NCBI GenBank assembly: GCA_965285935.1
Contig: OZ260663.1
Coordinates: forward strand, 97,960,001 to 98,024,000
Reading direction: 5' to 3'
From: Ophelia neglecta
Taxonomy: Eukaryota
DNA: 64,000 nt
Below the pieces are notes generated by a model. The model saw only the letters and a program-made list of their open reading frames with translations. It had not been told where the DNA came from and searched no databases. How positions within the stretch are numbered: position 1 is the first letter of the stretch; each line of letters starts with the position of its first letter. Shown piece by piece: positions 1-11,298 of the stretch. The position numbers were made by a program, and so were the translations under genes.

Positions 1-1424
1 GGCCCCCCATTGAACATGATGTGTTCAATGTCACCACGGTCAGACAATACTTCTTGGTGGATGGTGGATCTTGGTCTTCTATATACCATTGATAAAGTAT
101 TGGTGACCCGAGGTACTTCTTTTTTTTTCGCTAAAATGTTAAACCAAATTGAAGGTCAAAAATCACATTAATGTTTTCCTATATAGAGAAGGGTGAGTAA
201 TAAGAAATTCATAATGGCAAAAAAGGTAATTATACAACTATCGTACATTTAGAACAAAATAGATATACCGTCCTGGTTGGAAACTGAAGCCGACCAAGGG
301 GCAATAAGTACTGCTTGGCCGATGCAAAGGCTAACATGTCTGACCCGTTTTATACTGTGGTCACCTGTGATGATACCATGATCGGAAGATATGTAGTTTT
401 GGTGCAACATGCTTGGTCCCAGGCCGACCCACAATTGTGCCAGATCGTTGTTATTCCTACGACATCCATAGGTAAGTATTGAATCAAACTAATACCTATG
501 CTTGATAAGGCAATGTGAATTATTTAAAAAAAATATCCTCTGGTTTAACGAGCCGGGCTGGGTTTCGTAGACAGGATCCAAGCACCATGGTTGTAATGTA
601 AATTAGACTATTGGTCGAATAGCAACTTATGTTTATACAAGGTTCTAACTTTGTCGTAATAGGTTTCAATATTAATTAACAGTTCTTAGTGTTGAACTTA
701 ACCGTATCTACCATAATGCATTACCTCGAAATGTTTCGTTATACGCAATATTCAATAAAAGTATATATAGTGGCAAACAAGAAGTGTATTTTTAATATCA
801 TGTTTTGTTGTTTTGCGCTCAGGGGAAAGCAATGTCTTTAAAAGTAACACCATAGTTGTCTTGTGTGTCTCTGTGGTGGTGTTAACAGTAGCAGTCAGCA
901 GCGCCATATTTATCCTGATGTATGTTATTGATTTGTTGTATAACATTTTAATACGGCCCTACATAGACACTGTTATATAAGTTATATCCCACCCGTGTCT
1001 CATTTCATTTGGACCAGGTATAATTGCACTAACACAGATATATTGCTAGACACGGAAGCGATTACACTGTACAAATGGTCCTTTTTATGTTTCATTTAAA
1101 GCAGACGAAGAAGATTAGCCTCGAACATCAGGAATGCTGGACAGGAAGAAAGAGGCGGAGTGTCGCCTTTAAAACAAATGGAAGTGCGGATTCCACTTGC
1201 TGGTAGGACTTGGAATCCGAATTTGTCCTTTTGGTTATAATCAAATTATATCTTTTCTCTTTAACTATTTTCTTCTTCTTTGGGTGTGTACTAATTGTAA
1301 TGCAAACATTCATTATTTTATTCTGTATGTACCATGTACGTATATCATTGATGATCACGAGTAGACGATTAAGGTGCATTGCAACAGCGAATAATTATAT
1401 GGAAATATATAGCAGTGGAAATAA

Positions 1425-1823
1425 AATGAGGATATAACACAGGCAAACTCCAAAGTCCTTCGTGAATTAAAACAAGCCAGTAATGTAGAATCGGCTTGGG
1501 CGCGCAATGGAAAAGTTTTTGCTAAACAGAGTGGCAAAACCATTGTCGTGAAGCTCTCAAATGTTAAGCAAGTACTGGCTTACAATTCACCCTCGTCCTA
1601 CTCAGCTGCAGCATCTCGTGACAGTAGCGTGACTACACGTCAGATAAATGAGGAATCTTGTAATGGCGTAGCTAGACCCAAACTTACGGGACATGGAGTC
1701 AAACGTCCGCTCAACAAATCTCCGACCGACGACCAGACTAAACGTCCAAACAAACAGTCGACTCCGTCTAATCAGCCACAACTCGCCTCAGCCGCGAGTG
1801 ATCTGGAGATAAGCTTTGTCTGA
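1425..1823 (+). pseudogene. LINE ORF1 C-terminal remnant
   Basis: NEDITQANSKVLRELKQASNVESAWARNGKVFAK resembles the EDLT...AW..NGK motif of CR1/L2-type ORF1 proteins and is in frame with ORF 1548-1823. Confidence 0.65.
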
Positions 1824-2396
1824 TTGTCGATATCTGAACCCGGTACTCGCCACTTTGTGTTTCTATTGCATTAACGTTAGTCACATAGTTGTCTCACTTA
1901 TCCTGAATTAATATCAGCTTGCTTTTAGAAGGCTATGTATTTTTCGCTAGTTTATTATTTTGTATCATATTATGTTACATCGCTTGAAAAACTTTCAAGC
2001 TACTTAAAAGTTATATATGTTTCCGCACAACGATAACATTGTTACTCCGCTTCACTTGTCGCCCGAATGTTATTATGTTCTTCTACGTAATCTTTTCTTT
2101 ACTTCATAATAATTATTTAAGCATATCGCTTCCCCATCATCCATTATTCATTAGCAACTCTTTAAATTGTTACCAGGTAGTTGACAGCTATATTTGCTTG
2201 GCTACACCCAGGCTAGCATTGTGCATCCTTGAAAGCTTGCAGTTGATTTCCATCTTAGTAATTATGATTTGTGTTCACGTCTTAAAGAGATATGATCTGC
2301 ATTGCACAGTATCGTGTAGCTATTGGCTTATTTTGTTTGAGCTAATCAAAATTATTCAGTGATGCTCTATTTTGGTTTGTTATATTCCCAGCTTTC

Positions 2397-3135
2397 ATGC
2401 TTACGCTGTTTATCGCGCCTGATTTATTACTTCAATGTGGGGACATTGAAGCCAATCCCGGCCCTGCCCGTCTGTCTGGCCTCACCTTTTCTTATATGAA
2501 AGTGCGCAGTTTACTTGCAACCGCTGTTGCTAACGGTGCCCAAAGTCATGACAAACTAACTCATCTAGCCGCATTTTCGTCACATTATAGACATGACATC
2601 ATTGCTGTTTCAGAAACCTGGCTAAACCCCAGCACCCCTAGCTCCTCTATCACCCTGCCTGGTTACTTGTCACCTATCCGCAAGGATAGAGACGGACCCG
2701 GCGGCGGCTTGGCAGTTTATCTATCTGAATCCTTCCCAGGAAAACGACTTGAAATTACTGAATCAAGCTCAATATGTAATATATGTATAAGTGCAAAGAT
2801 AAAAAACTACACCATCCTCCTTTGTTTCTACTACAGACCTCCGTCAGAGGACTGTTTACACTTCCTCGACGGTATTAATGATATCATTGACGCTTCTTTT
2901 GAAAATCATAATATTGTAGCCTTTATTGGAGACACAAACGCTAAAAACAGCCTCTGGTGTCCTTCAGACACAACTAATTCCGACGGTCGTGTCACAAATG
3001 CTTTCTTTGTAACAACGAGGTTTTAGTCAGCTCGTCCACGAGGCGACCCGAGGCGACAGTCATAGCGAGGCCTGCCTTGACCACATATTTATCAATTCTT
3101 GTGACCATATTATATCATGCGGTACCCTACCGCGT
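2397..3135 (+). pseudogene. LINE ORF2 N-terminus: 2A-like peptide followed by an apurinic-like endonuclease domain (frameshifted near 3020)
   Basis: LLLQCGDIEANPGP, then endonuclease motifs SETWL, YRPP and GDTNAK. The reading frame continues in another frame to DHIF...CDHFPI. Confidence 0.88.
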
Positions 3136-4944
3136 TTGGTTGATAACTGCGACCATTTTCCAATTTATGCAGAAATGTTTCGCAACGTCAGTAAACATAG
3201 TGCTTTTAAACGTCAAGTGTGGGACTTTAAGAACGGTAATGTTGAACTCTACCGTGACTTGCTATATTCTGCCCCATGGGATATTGTTCTCTCGCTTCCT
3301 GATATTGACGACGTTACTGTAAATTTTACTAATGTATTATATCAAAATGCCGAACATAGCTTTCCCCACCGCTTAGTAACTATTAGACCAAGGGATAAGC
3401 CTTGGATGAATTCAACTATTAGACATGCCATGGTTGTTAGGGATCGTTTATTCAGATCAAAACATATTAGTAGTCAACACCTGAATGGCTATAAACAGGC
3501 GCGGAACAGCGCTACTGCCCTTATTCGTGAAGCTAAAACTAATTATGACAAATCTTCTGATGAGGTGGCACTTAGCAATAATATATCATCTCCAAACTGG
3601 AGGAGACTTATGAAAACAATCCTCAAGACACGTTCCCCTTGCTCTTCACCCGCCTTGCATATGGGCGATGACATAATTTGTGATCCTTCTGAAAAGGCCA
3701 ACCTATTTAATGACTTTTTTATTCAACAATCTACTGTCGAGGGGAATGATGACATCTTGCCCAACGATACTCACACTTTCCATGCTCAAGCCCCGTCTAT
3801 TGAGAATAAAGTAATTTCACCAGCTGAGGTATATAACGTTTTAAAATCACTTGACACTTCCAAAGCTACAGGGCCAGACCAAATCGGAAACTTTCTACTC
3901 CGGGAGGCTGCACTTCCCCTTTCTGAACCACTTGCCTTGCTGTTTAATGCATCCTTGGTTCAATGTAAGTTTCCCCAAGCTTGGAAACAAGCTGATGTTA
4001 TTCCTCTCCACAAGAAAGACAGTGTTCATCTTTGTAATAATGATCGGCCAATATCACTATTGCCCTGTTTATCCAAAGTTTTTGAGCGTCTTATATTCGA
4101 TCACTTGTTTAGACACTTGAAAAATTATAATGTTTTGGTGCCTAATCAGTCTGGTTTTATTCCTGGTGACTCTACTGTTAATCAGCTACTTGATATCTGT
4201 GATAAACTATTTTCTGCTTTAGACTCTGGAGATGAAGTCATAGGAGTTTTTATAGACTTCACTAAGGCTTTTGATAAAGTTTGGCATAGGGGTCTACTCT
4301 ATAAACTTGGCAGATCAGGGATTACTGGCGATATCTTGGCGTGGGTGGAGGACTATCTGACAGGCAGACGCCAGCGTGTGGTCCTTCCTGGTGGCGCCTC
4401 GTCCTTTAAATGTGTTCCTGCTGGTGTCCCACAAGGCTCTGTTCTGGGCCCACTACTATTTCTTGTATATATAAATGATATCATCCAGGGCATCTCCAGT
4501 TCTACTTACTTGTTTGCCGACGACACTTCAATTTTTAAGAGATTTTCTCTAGATAATTTACAAATTGCCATTGATTGTTTAAACCACGATCTTTCTTTAA
4601 TATACAGTTGGTGCAACAAGTGGAAATTATCAATCAGCGTTCCTAAAACACGAGTTGTTCTCTTTAGCAGGAAGCGCAGGCCTACGCCGCCTGCGCTTAA
4701 CTTATTTATAGGAAACTCACCAGTGGTTGGCGTGTCCTCTCACAAACACCTAGGTGTCATAATTTCTAATACTTTGTCTTGGGAGAGTCATATTTTATGT
4801 ATTACTGAGAAAGCTTCCCAACGTCTAAATGTTCTAAAATCTGTTAAGTATAAAATGTCTAGAAGGGGCCTCGATGCAGCTTACAAATCGTTTGTAAGAC
4901 CAATTCTTGAATATGGTCCATACTGTTTGATAGTCTCCCTTTAG
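3136..4944 (+). CDS. LINE ORF2 reverse transcriptase domain (part of a disrupted ORF2)
   Basis: 602-aa ORF with the full set of non-LTR RT motifs, including YLFADDT. Confidence 0.9.
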   Translation: MVDNCDHFPIYAEMFRNVSKHSAFKRQVWDFKNGNVELYRDLLYSAPWDIVLSLPDIDDVTVNFTNVLYQNAEHSFPHRLVTIRPRDKPWMNSTIRHAMVVRDRLFRSKHISSQHLNGYKQARNSATALIREAKTNYDKSSDEVALSNNISSPNWRRLMKTILKTRSPCSSPALHMGDDIICDPSEKANLFNDFFIQQSTVEGNDDILPNDTHTFHAQAPSIENKVISPAEVYNVLKSLDTSKATGPDQIGNFLLREAALPLSEPLALLFNASLVQCKFPQAWKQADVIPLHKKDSVHLCNNDRPISLLPCLSKVFERLIFDHLFRHLKNYNVLVPNQSGFIPGDSTVNQLLDICDKLFSALDSGDEVIGVFIDFTKAFDKVWHRGLLYKLGRSGITGDILAWVEDYLTGRRQRVVLPGGASSFKCVPAGVPQGSVLGPLLFLVYINDIIQGISSSTYLFADDTSIFKRFSLDNLQIAIDCLNHDLSLIYSWCNKWKLSISVPKTRVVLFSRKRRPTPPALNLFIGNSPVVGVSSHKHLGVIISNTLSWESHILCITEKASQRLNVLKSVKYKMSRRGLDAAYKSFVRPILEYGPYCLIVSL

Positions 4945-5675
4945 ATTTAACTAAAGCCCTTGAAAATCTAAATCTGGCCGCTGCACGCCTCGTATCTGGG
5001 GCCAGACGTGGCACTTCTCATGAACCTCTTTTGCAGGAAGTCGGATGGGAGTCACTTGCATCCCGCCGCAGAGTTGCTAGACTCGTTAAATTTTTCGATG
5101 TTTACACTAACGGCACTCCTCTCTATCTTAGCAACAATATTCCTTTGGTCACTCGCCATTCCTATGGCACCAGGAGACTTGCAGAAAACTGTATCCCTCC
5201 ACCCTTCTGTAGGACGGAACAGTATATATCCTCATATTTTCCCCAAACTATACGGGAATGGAACAGTCTTCCTCGTGAAACTCGACAAGCACGCAGCAAG
5301 ATTATATTTATATCCCTTCTGAAAAGCAAACCTGATAGGCCACCGAAATATTTTTCAATGGGCTCACGTAAGAGTCAAATTTTCTTAAGCCAGTGTCGTC
5401 TTGCTTGCAGTTGCTTGAATTTCCATCTTTACAACAATCACTGTGTTGTATCGCCACTTTGTCAATGTGGTTTAGAGGCTGAAACACCCCAACACTACTT
5501 CTTTTCTTGCGCAAATTACTCCACACATCGCGTTCATCTTGTTGATTTCCTATCAGAACAGTCTGTGCCTCCAGAGGACTACCTGTACACCGTTCTAAAT
5601 TGTGATATTTCTTATATTCTAACAGAGCTGGCTGGTCTAGTTAGTGAGTATATAGATAAAACCACTCGATTCTAA
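4945..5675 (+). pseudogene. LINE ORF2 C-terminal region (frameshifted continuation)
   Basis: EVGWESLASRR, SYFPQTIREWNSLP and a C-terminal Cys/His motif, typical of CR1-group ORF2 tails. Confidence 0.82.
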
Positions 5676-6800
5676 ATTTTGACCGACTTGGTTCAGTTAT
5701 TGATCCTACGTCATGTTTACTTTTGTTTGCTTTTGCCATTTGTGTCGGTCATCTATTTGTGTCCTGGTGCCTGTGTTCCGGCCGCTCCGTCACATCATGT
5801 CTCATGGTGTGGCGGTGCGGTGGGAGCCGGGCACCACCTATCATCCTGATTATTGGTCACTGATCATGTATGCATGTTTGTACTCCCTTACAACTTCTGT
5901 ATTATATAGCTAAACTACTTGCTACTCTGGATAACGTTCATAAATATTGTATGCAATTAAAATACGTTCCTATATGTATGGGTTTATATTTTAAGACATG
6001 TTTGAATGTATTTGCGTATGTACACACGGATGCTCAATATTGCAATATTCATCACTGTGTTGCTATGCCAACTACAACTACAATAATGTTTATCTAAAAC
6101 TCATCCAATCATCATCATCGTCATCATCATCATATTCGTCATCGCATGCCCGTATTTACTTGTTTATATGATTACTTTGGTAATTACACCCGATAAGCCA
6201 TTGGCTTTTTGTAAAAACCAAATTGTAAATAAATATGTTTAAACCAAAATGATATGTTTTTAACAGACCTGGTGAAAGGAACAATTCGGTATAATTCAAC
6301 AATACATCTCGCTTTCCCCCCGACACAGGTCCTGCGGTCGTAGAGACTGAAGCATCATCCGCAGGCGATTTCAATATCTATGAGAGCACATGTAAAACTG
6401 GCACAGAATACGGTATGTTTTGTTATTTACATATTAATTAGTGTATATATCACCCATGGTCATGATAGCAAACTTGTTTGGTAGCAATATTTGCAGTATA
6501 ACATAAATTATATATGATGTCACTATTTTCTGTACACTTTGCAGAAAATGTCAACCCTGAAAATCCTTATAAAGAGCTTAAAGGTGACAATAACACAACT
6601 CTACATGACTACAACGACTACATGGAAATATATATCTAACAATTCCAAGACAGTTATTTAGGAAATTGTTCATTGAACAAATGTCCAAGTACTATGATAA
6701 CATATGGATAACTTCATACGTTGCGAATCATTTGTTTGGTGTTGCATCGATCCTAGGCTGCGTTAGAGAGCTTAACAGTCCTTTCGATTTATTTTGTTGA

Positions 6801-8483
6801 ATGATATTTGTATATGAACGTTACAATAAATTCTACGATGGCCAATCGGGATTTAGGGCCGGTTTCTCAACAACAGACAACATCTTTATGTTGTATCAAT
6901 TGGTGAGAAAAACATTGTCGAGCGGAAATAAACTATTTGTATGCTTCTTGGATTTTCGCAAAGCGTTCGATAGCGTCATTCATCTTAATATGTGGTACAA
7001 GGTTGCCCGACTTGGGATAACGGGCAAATTGCTCGATCTGCTGAGGGACATGTATAGAGAAGTCAAGTCAGTTGTGAGGGGTTTCTCCGGGGAGTGTAGT
7101 GACCCTTTCGTATGTGTGACTGGAGTAAGGCAAGGGGAGTCTCTCTCGCCGTTTCTGTTTGGATGTCTAATCGAGGATTTTGATGAATATTTAAGACAAA
7201 AAACATCATTGTCAGGTACTGAATGGAACACTCTCAGCATAATGCTACTCGCGTACGCCGATGACTGTGCGGCCCTGGCCGGTTCAGAGGATGACATGCG
7301 GTCTATTCTCAGGGGCGTGGCCGAGTACTGTAGTCTCTGGGGGCTGTGTATTAATTATGAAAAAAGTGAAATTATGGTATTCACCAGATCATCTCGTTAT
7401 AGGGACTATTCTTTCAGCATGGATGGCCACAAAATTAAATGTGTGAAAAGTTTCAGTTTTCTAGGAATACGGTTCTTTTTAAATGGAGGCTGGAAGAGAA
7501 GTTTGGAAACGTTGGCTCGTCAGGGCGAGAAGGCAGTCTTCAAATTGTCCTGCCTTCAGAGGCGACTGTACCAAAATCCGGTGGATCGTGTGAAGGACTT
7601 TGAAACTCTGGTGCTCCCTATTCTGCTGTACGGGGCTGGCGCCTGGGGATGCCACACGAACTTGGAACCGGTTGAGCGCATCTATAATTCCTTCATGAAG
7701 TCTGTGCTCGGAGTTAAACGTTCAACTGCCGGATATATGTGGCAAATGGAGTTGGGTGTCCTCCCTTTCAGGGCACTGGCCATTCAAAGAGTTCTGTCTT
7801 TCTGGTCGGGTCTGGTTGACCCCAGCCGAACTCGACCAAGGTTAGCAGCTCTAGTTTACAGAGAAATGCTCAGTGAAGGTGATGACGCGTGGTGTGTCGC
7901 TGTACGTGACACTCTGTATGACTTGAATTTGCACAGTTACTGGAATAGTCAAGCTGTTTATAATAGACGATCTTTTATGAACAGGGTGAAGAACTGTTTG
8001 ATTGACTCGTATTCCCGGATAAATCGTCAGAAGTGCCTGGACTCCAGTAAATGCTATCTGTACAAGCATCTGATTACTCCACTGGAATATAAAAAGCCGG
8101 CTTGGTATTTACAAGCTGTCGACCAAAGAAATGTGAAGACAATTGCCCGTTTGAGGATGAGAACGCACAGATTAAATTGTGAAACAGGTGATTGGTATGA
8201 AGTGGACTGGGAACTAAGGAGGTGTACAACTTGTGATTTGATCGAAACCGAGGCGCATGTCTTGATGTCTTGTGTACGTTACTCACACATCCGCGAGAAG
8301 TATATTCCACGAGAGGTTAGAGCAATGGACCTAACCGAAAATGAAAAGCTCGTCTATCTATTACTGAGTGACAATCGTAAATGGTTGGATAATTTGGCTC
8401 TCGCTTTTTCATGGATAACAAAACTACATTCGGAGTATGCCGAATACTATGTGCCAATACCTTTAAATGACTTTGAAGATTAA
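6801..8483 (+). CDS. Reverse transcriptase plus C-terminal CCHC-like domain of a 5'-truncated RTE-X-like LINE
   Basis: Uninterrupted 560-aa ORF: QSGFRAGFSTTD, DFRKAFD, GVRQGESLSP, YADD, ELG, RRCTTCDLIETEAHVLMSC. Confidence 0.88.
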   Translation: MIFVYERYNKFYDGQSGFRAGFSTTDNIFMLYQLVRKTLSSGNKLFVCFLDFRKAFDSVIHLNMWYKVARLGITGKLLDLLRDMYREVKSVVRGFSGECSDPFVCVTGVRQGESLSPFLFGCLIEDFDEYLRQKTSLSGTEWNTLSIMLLAYADDCAALAGSEDDMRSILRGVAEYCSLWGLCINYEKSEIMVFTRSSRYRDYSFSMDGHKIKCVKSFSFLGIRFFLNGGWKRSLETLARQGEKAVFKLSCLQRRLYQNPVDRVKDFETLVLPILLYGAGAWGCHTNLEPVERIYNSFMKSVLGVKRSTAGYMWQMELGVLPFRALAIQRVLSFWSGLVDPSRTRPRLAALVYREMLSEGDDAWCVAVRDTLYDLNLHSYWNSQAVYNRRSFMNRVKNCLIDSYSRINRQKCLDSSKCYLYKHLITPLEYKKPAWYLQAVDQRNVKTIARLRMRTHRLNCETGDWYEVDWELRRCTTCDLIETEAHVLMSCVRYSHIREKYIPREVRAMDLTENEKLVYLLLSDNRKWLDNLALAFSWITKLHSEYAEYYVPIPLNDFED

Positions 8484-8640
8484 CTGTGACTTTTAACGAT
8501 TTCTGTGACAAAGAATGGTTATGAGTAATTTTGTTTTTCCTTGGATCACGCATGCATAATTTTTTCTATAATGTATATATTATTATTGCAGGTTATAAGC
8601 TTGTTGTATGGCTTGAAGACCTAATAAATACTACTACTAT
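6820..8640 (+). mobile_element. 5'-truncated non-LTR retrotransposon (RTE-X-like; clade assignment tentative)
   Basis: RT ORF begins mid-domain; 3' UTR ends in AATAAA followed by a (CTA)n tail at ~8623-8640. Confidence 0.85.
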
Positions 8641-10129
8641 TATATGCATTGTGTCCGTACCCATTTCCAATAAGGGTCCTTTTAAAATTCTGAATGTGTC
8701 TTTATTTTTCAATATATTGCTATTTGCGGGCTCCTTCGCTGTCGGCATTCTTATTAGGGGTATTCGCTACTTGATCCAGGTACATATGTAACTGATGATT
8801 TATGTATTATTTAGATGTATAAATATATATTGATCACAATCAAACATGTCTCATTCTGATTCTAATGCAGCTTCAAATCAAAGTTTCATAGGTGAGTGCA
8901 CTTGCACTCAGGCCTTACCAACTCTTCACCTAGATTTGCGTCTTTCAATAGCTTTATCAATTGATGGAAAAAATGAACCTTGATGTAGAGCAGGCTTCGA
9001 TCAGGTATGAATTTGCAAATGAGGTTTTAGATTAAAATCTGGCTCATTTTTGGCATCCGTCACCTGGCCAATTGTGTGAATTAAGCCTAAAATGCGCTAT
9101 TGCATGGTATGAAGTTGTGTAGTATGTCTCTTTTTGAAGGTGCCAGCGGTGGTCATTTACTATTTTCGTCACAAATACTGTTTAGTGACTAATTTCATCC
9201 ACGGTTCAAAAGTAGGTCCAGCCCGACTCTTTGATGTGTCTTGTAGCTTGACTAATATTAACACTCCTAGAGATAAGTGTTTATTACCGGCAAGCATACG
9301 TCGTTTTATGGGAAAAGGTTTGCATCCTAGAGAGTGTTGTTTTATAGCTTTAGCAATCGAGAAACCGATACCCCCTTAGGAAACCGAGAATGTTCAATGG
9401 TAAACCAACATAAATCACGTTTTTCATTTTCAGCAATGGCATGAGAATACAATATAGTCTTGAAGTAAATTTTCGAAATGAAAGCCTAAAATTTCATTTA
9501 AAGGTCTGCCTTTTCTGTCGGGTTTTTTGACCGCTTAAAAAAGTTTCAGATTATTCGTCCAGCAGACTCTCGCCTTTTCACGTGTCGAATGTGAAAATTG
9601 TGAAAAAGATAAGATAGTTTTGTGGCCATATTCATAATTAATACCCAACGCGACTTTAAAGGTGGACCTTTCATTCTTTGAACACTTACTTTCAAAAACA
9701 GTTGACTCTGTAAACAATCTCTGATTTTACTTCAAATTCTAAAGAGTGAACGCTCTAGAAAAATTATGCTCTGACAAAAAGAGGACAGGTACATATTTCT
9801 AGCTTAAATTTATCAAATTTCCAAAGAGTTATATTTTCCTTTTATTTAGTCATGAATTAATAAATCTTTGACAAAATTGACTTGGACATGCACACTTTTG
9901 CATCTGAGCAAACGAGGCGTTAGTACACAAGTTTTCTGGCTATGAGGCAGAAGTATCTCTTAAACCCATTTGGTGAGTACGAACTAAAAACACGGAAATG
10001 GATACCCGGCAGCTAAAATGCATGTGAGCTACAGGTAGCTTGCAGGCACGAAATATATGGACATATATATGGACTGGGTCCAAATATTTTTAAGTTCTCT
10101 CCTTGCCCTACAGAGGGAGAGAGAAACAA

Positions 10130-10272
10130 ACACCCGCACACACACTCCCATACGCATAACAATACACAAAAAACCGCACGGAGGTATTTTTGAAAAAGAC
10201 ACACACACATACACACACACCCGCACACCCACTCACAAACACACTCACAAATACACTCACAAACACACTCCC
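10130..10272. repeat. Degenerate (CA)n / ACACACTCACAA microsatellite
   Basis: Visible CA-rich tandem repeats. Confidence 0.7.
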
Positions 10273-11237
10273 CAGCCGACAGCTTATATTCTATTGCTCT
10301 GGACTCTATTTCATATAAGGTTACTTTAAGGAAAGTACCAGAAATTCACTCTTTCCAAATGGCGGCAACAATTGTCAGGGGTAAGCTTTCCGGTCCCTCA
10401 AGGGGGCAGACTAGTGCAACAACGGTCCGATATCATCATCCACTCGGGGTCGTCCAATAATAACCAGAATCAGCTATCCATTTACGCCGGGGGGTGGCAT
10501 GGAATCAGATATGAATTCCCTACGTTGGCGGTCATGGGTAGGAAAGAGGTATCAAACTTCAATCTTAATGTTGAACATAAATTTTTGTCGCTGTTTCAAA
10601 AGTTAAACTTTCAAATCGTCCTTTTATCATGGGTGACACCCCCTTTCTTACTACCTTTCATTCCGCGCTATATTAAATAAAATGTCATATTTTTAATTCA
10701 TATTTCTATACGCAATTTCACCAATTTTCGCGCAAAAACGTCACTCTTTTCCTGCCGTAAGGACTGAATACTTATTTTGACTTTCTTCATTATTATGATT
10801 TCCTTTTTTGTTGAACATAAATATTTCATTATGAAATGATTATTTGATGAAAACTTAGATTAGCCTAAAAACTATGAGTATCATTATGATTATCATAATT
10901 AATCTGATAACGCATTAACTTACTATAATAAATCTGATTTTAATATTGATTGCCACCGATTACAACGTAATCAAATTAATCGGGATTGGATCCTCACATA
11001 TAACTGAAAGAATCATTGATTTACCATTGATTAGGTTATTTTAATTTATAAAGAATGGATTACTATTACAATGCTGTTAAAAAAATCGGATCAATTATTC
11101 TGGTTGGGCACTCTTTCAGGTCTAATGAAAAAATAATTACATTCACCAAGATAGAATTTTGCGTAATCAACGACTTTTTTGGAATAGTGCTAAATGGACG
11201 ATAAAAGCATTTGAGTTTCCCCTTAACTTCCTTTTAC

Positions 11238-11298
11238 CAACGAGGCTTGAACCCCGGACTTTGGCGTGGCAGGTAAGCGTTTTAACCACTACTATACT
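11238..11298 (-). mobile_element. Degenerate tRNA(Gly)-like SINE head
   Basis: Minus strand reads TAGTATAGTAGTGGTTAAAACGCTTACCTGCCACGCCAAAGTCCGGGGTTCAAGCC: A-box-like and B-box-like motifs, a GCC anticodon-like loop and a poor acceptor stem. Confidence 0.5.

Larger units (their letters stand above)
1425..6140 (+). mobile_element. CR1/L2-group non-LTR retrotransposon (LINE): 5'-truncated ORF1 plus ORF2 (APE endonuclease and RT) with a few frameshifts
   Basis: ORF1 C-terminal remnant at 1425-1823; APE motifs (VSETWL, GGGLAVY, YYRPP, GDTN, CDH); RT motifs (KATGPD, RPISLL, QSGF, DFTKAFD, GVPQGSVLGP, FADD); C-terminal Cys/His motif (CQCGLEAETPQHYFFSC). The 3' end is uncertain, with a (CAT)n tract at ~6108-6140. 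Confidence 0.9.
1..6639 (+). pseudogene. Copy A: F-type lectin domain single-pass receptor with a tyrosine-motif cytoplasmic tail and no PTP domain; 5' part lies outside the window; nonsense codon plus LINE insertion
   Basis: Exons: <1-112 (GPPLNMMCSMSPRSDNTSWWMVDLGLLYTIDKVLVTR); 253-471 (QNRYTVLVGN*SRP...C...TCDDTMIGRYVVL...LCQIVV, TGA at 285-287 where paralogs have Ser); 823-919 (TM, NTIVVLCVSVVVLTVAVSSAIFIL); 1105-1202 (RRRLASNIRN...); 1388-~1424 (ANNYMEIYSSGN, cut by the LINE); 6329-6412 (GPAVVETEASSAGDFNIYESTCKTGTEY); 6545-6639 (ENVNPENPYKELKGDNNTTLHDYNDYMEIYI*). Splice sites are GT-AG with consistent phases. Confidence 0.72.

Noticed and set aside
285-287. In-frame TGA codons (here and at 25554-25556) as selenocysteine or programmed readthrough
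   Set aside because: Paralogs have Ser (TCA) and Gly (GGA) at these positions, not Cys. Single-base nonsense changes explain both, and no SECIS was recognised.
6268-6328. Longer version of the copy A tail exon starting at 6268
   Set aside because: It introduces a stop. The acceptor at 6328 has a better pyrimidine tract and keeps phase.
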